A stretch of 63,802 nucleotides of DNA, the filler included, from Rhabdomonas costata (lineage: Eukaryota): the NCBI GenBank assembly GCA_019059605.1. It is 23 parts of 23 records of this genome, joined end to end, with 100 filler letters (N's around TTAATTAATTAA, not from the genome) between each part and the next. Parts side by side here need not be neighbours in the genome. Positions count along the whole stretch, not along the records: positions 61,126 to 63,802 come from JAHMHO010002390.1; 22 more parts are not named here. One strand, written 5' to 3'. Every line of letters begins with the position of its first letter. The first letter of the stretch is position 1. A model generated the notes under the pieces. That model ran no database searches. It was not told the DNA's origin and saw only the letters and a list, made by a program, of their open reading frames with translations. Positions 61,560 to 63,802 of this stretch are shown here, piece by piece. Made by a program: the position numbers and the translations under genes.

Positions 61560-63802
61560 ACCAAAATTCTCGCCGCGAAGCTAAAGCTCTCCGGCATTGT
61601 GGTGGGAACAGACGACGAGCCCGCCGAGGCAGAAGAGGGAGCGGCGATGTGCTCCTTCATTGGGATCCGCACGGAGAAGGTGGAACCCTGGCCTGGCACA
61701 GAGGTCACCGAGAGCACTCCGCCCATCAGCTCCACAAACTGCCGCACGATGGTCAGGCCCTGAAGCCCCCAGCCCCCGGCTCACTGCATCCCCTTCACAC
61801 CACATACACACTCACACAAACAACCGGCACAGCTGGCACCACTGCGATCACTGTGCTCGCGGTGGGGCCGCTCGTGGCCTTCCAAGTTGAACCAAAACCC
61901 TTCAAGGAAGCTGACTAATATGCATCAGCAGGTACGAAAACGAAACCTCGAACCGATTAAACTGAAAGGGAAGGGTCCCATTCCATTTGCGTGAGCATAG
62001 GAATGTATCCGCCCACCCAATGTGCGAGCACCTATGGACGGAAAGAAAAAAGTGAAAGAGGAAAAAAAGCGGGTGGGGGTTCACAACCAGTCCGGTGCCG
62101 CCGTACAGCCGGGCCGTGCTGGAGTGGATCTGCGCAAAGGGCCGGAAGAGGTCCTTCTGCTGCTCCTCGCCGATCCCAATCCCCGTGTCCTGCACATGGA
62201 TGCAGATCTGGTACAGCTGGGGTCTCGGCGTGCTCTGCCACACATGAGAAACCACACGTGAGAACAAATCCCAAAAACNNNNNNNNNNNNNNNNNNNNNN
62301 NNNNNNNNNNNNNNNNNNNNNNNNNNNNNNNNNNNNNNNNNNNNNNNNNNNNNNNNNNNNNNNNNNNNNNNNNNNNNNNNNNNNNNNNNNNNNNNNNNNN
62401 NNNNNNNNNNNNNNNNNNNNNNNNNNNNNNNNNNNNNNNNNNNNNNNNNNNNNNNNNNNNNNNNNNNNNNNNNNNNNNNNNNNNNNNNNNNNNNNNNNNN
62501 NNNNNNNNNNNNNNNNNNNNNNNNNNNNNNNNNNNNNNNNNNNNNNNNNNNNNNNNNNNNNNNNNNNNNNNNNNNNNNNNNNNNNNNNNNNNGAACCTAC
62601 TACGGTGATGACACACATGGAGGATAGGGCATGTCACACTGAAAGATGCCATAACCCACCCCGTGATGCGGTTGGGTGGGAGCCACCGTGTTAGCAGAGG
62701 AAGCAGTGACATATGTCAGGGTATACCATGCACACCAGCACCTTGCCTTCCTTCCCTTCTCTTCTCTTCTCTTCTCTTCTCTTCAAAGAATCACTACAAG
62801 AGGAATGGTAGACACACCTCAACTTCAACAATGACGGCCACTCGGCCGGCATGGGTAAACTTCACGCTGCACAAAAAACAATGAAACCCCATCACACACG
62901 CGCCACACGCAAAACAAAACGCGCATACAAACTGATACAAAATCGGCTGCTAACACAGTGGGACGGGGCCATTGCCAAGTACCAGATCTTCCTCTAATGG
63001 CATTCAGCTGGATGGAAAATGACCTGAGCAGGGCCCCAAAATTGCAATACACCGTGCGAGGCGATTGTACTGGAAGGCTCAAAAGGTGGGAGAGCATCCA
63101 GCAAGCACTGAGCTTTGCGAAGGAAGCCGATATGGTCCTCTCACTTCACTTCTCAATATCTTCTCTCTCAGCATCTCAATTTGGGATTCGCTGCAACGAT
63201 CTTGTTCCGGTTTACCCTAGGAAGCAATTCAACGTTAGAACTTACGAATGGGAGGAGGAAAAAGAGAAGCCCACCTGTTGGACACCAGGTTCGAAAGCAC
63301 CTGCCGCACCCGAGTAGGGTCACACAGCAGAAGCCGTGGCAGCTCCGGAGAAAGCACCACCACAGGGTTGACCCCGCGCTCGGACATCTTAGGTCCATAC
63401 AACGCCATTACACTGTGTGCCAGCTCAGCTAGGTCGGTGGGGATGAGCTCCAGGGCCATCTTCCCAGCATCCAGCTTAAAAAAGTCCTGCCGCACAACCA
63501 TGAGCCACTACGCAATGCATACATGTGACAGGAAAGTAAGGAAGGAAGAAAGAAAGAGAGTCGCTGGGTCATCCTGCATGGTGTGTCTTGCAGAAGTGGA
63601 ATGCACATCCCCGTGAATGGAAGGGCGAGGGAGCCTGCGGAATCGAAAACATTACATTTTCCAGATGGCTGGAAGATAACAGTTGCGCCCCGCCAGCCCG
63701 CCTCTACAAAGCAAGCATACCAAAATGTCATTCACCACAACCAGCAGGTTGGCCGAAGCACCATCCATCACGTCCACAAGCTTGCTCTGCTCATCGGAAA
63801 GC
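61560..63802 (-). CDS. Sensor histidine kinase (HisKA + HATPase_c), probably hybrid; exons 63721-63802, 63275-63486, 62818-62866, 62088-62234, about 61560-61759
   Basis: [85 protein letters not shown]1, F and G2 boxes are present with in-phase GT-AG joins. Confidence 0.95.
62279..62591. other. True scaffold gap (313 N, no linker)
   Basis: N run without TTAATTAATTAA. The kinase exons are colinear across it. Confidence 0.95.
62755..62785. repeat. (CTTCT)n pyrimidine repeat
   Basis: cttctcttctcttctcttctcttctcttc. Confidence 0.85.

Noticed and set aside
60032..63802. Sensor N-terminus next to a histidine kinase read as one locus
   Set aside because: They are separated by an artificial spacer and lie on opposite strands, so adjacency carries no information.
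1..63802. Stop-codon reassignment, euglenid non-conventional introns or a spliced-leader gene
   Set aside because: TAA, TAG and TGA each terminate recognisable genes. All modelled introns end in AG and start with GT or GC. I saw no SL RNA, rRNA or tRNA by eye.

Overview
This is not one continuous locus. It is 23 unrelated scaffolds of about 2.68 kb joined by 22 artificial 100-bp spacers (N44-TTAATTAATTAA-N44), so gene order across spacers is meaningless. The DNA is eukaryotic and intron-rich, with GC-rich exons and standard TAA/TAG/TGA stops, and probably comes from a protist. G/T-only scaffold starts and C/A-only scaffold ends suggest whole-genome amplification with K-degenerate primers. Recognisable gene fragments are: PLAC8 protein, ankyrin protein, GT61 and GT47 glycosyltransferases, TPT/SLC35E transporter, malate synthase G, HDAC, NCOA5-like domain, receiver domain, M16A insulinase, arylsulfatase, RRP4, COA6, ClpB/Hsp104, a membrane sensor N-terminus and a histidine kinase. 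Mobile elements are a decayed Ty3/gypsy pol and two CRE/SLACS-like non-LTR RT remnants. I found no convincing multi-gene novel system, and no rRNA, tRNA or CRISPR array. The best leads are: (1) an unusual 5' splice-site code, GTNYG with no GTRAGT donor seen, plus three candidate G|GCNTGT GC donors, two supported by reading frame; (2) a protein with at least nine copies of an unrecognised 21-aa repeat; (3) a CRE-like RT with an inversion-deletion in twin-priming topology; (4) an intron-bounded bacterial-type malate synthase G exon; (5) two long isolated hairpins. All gene models were built by eye and no database search was run.
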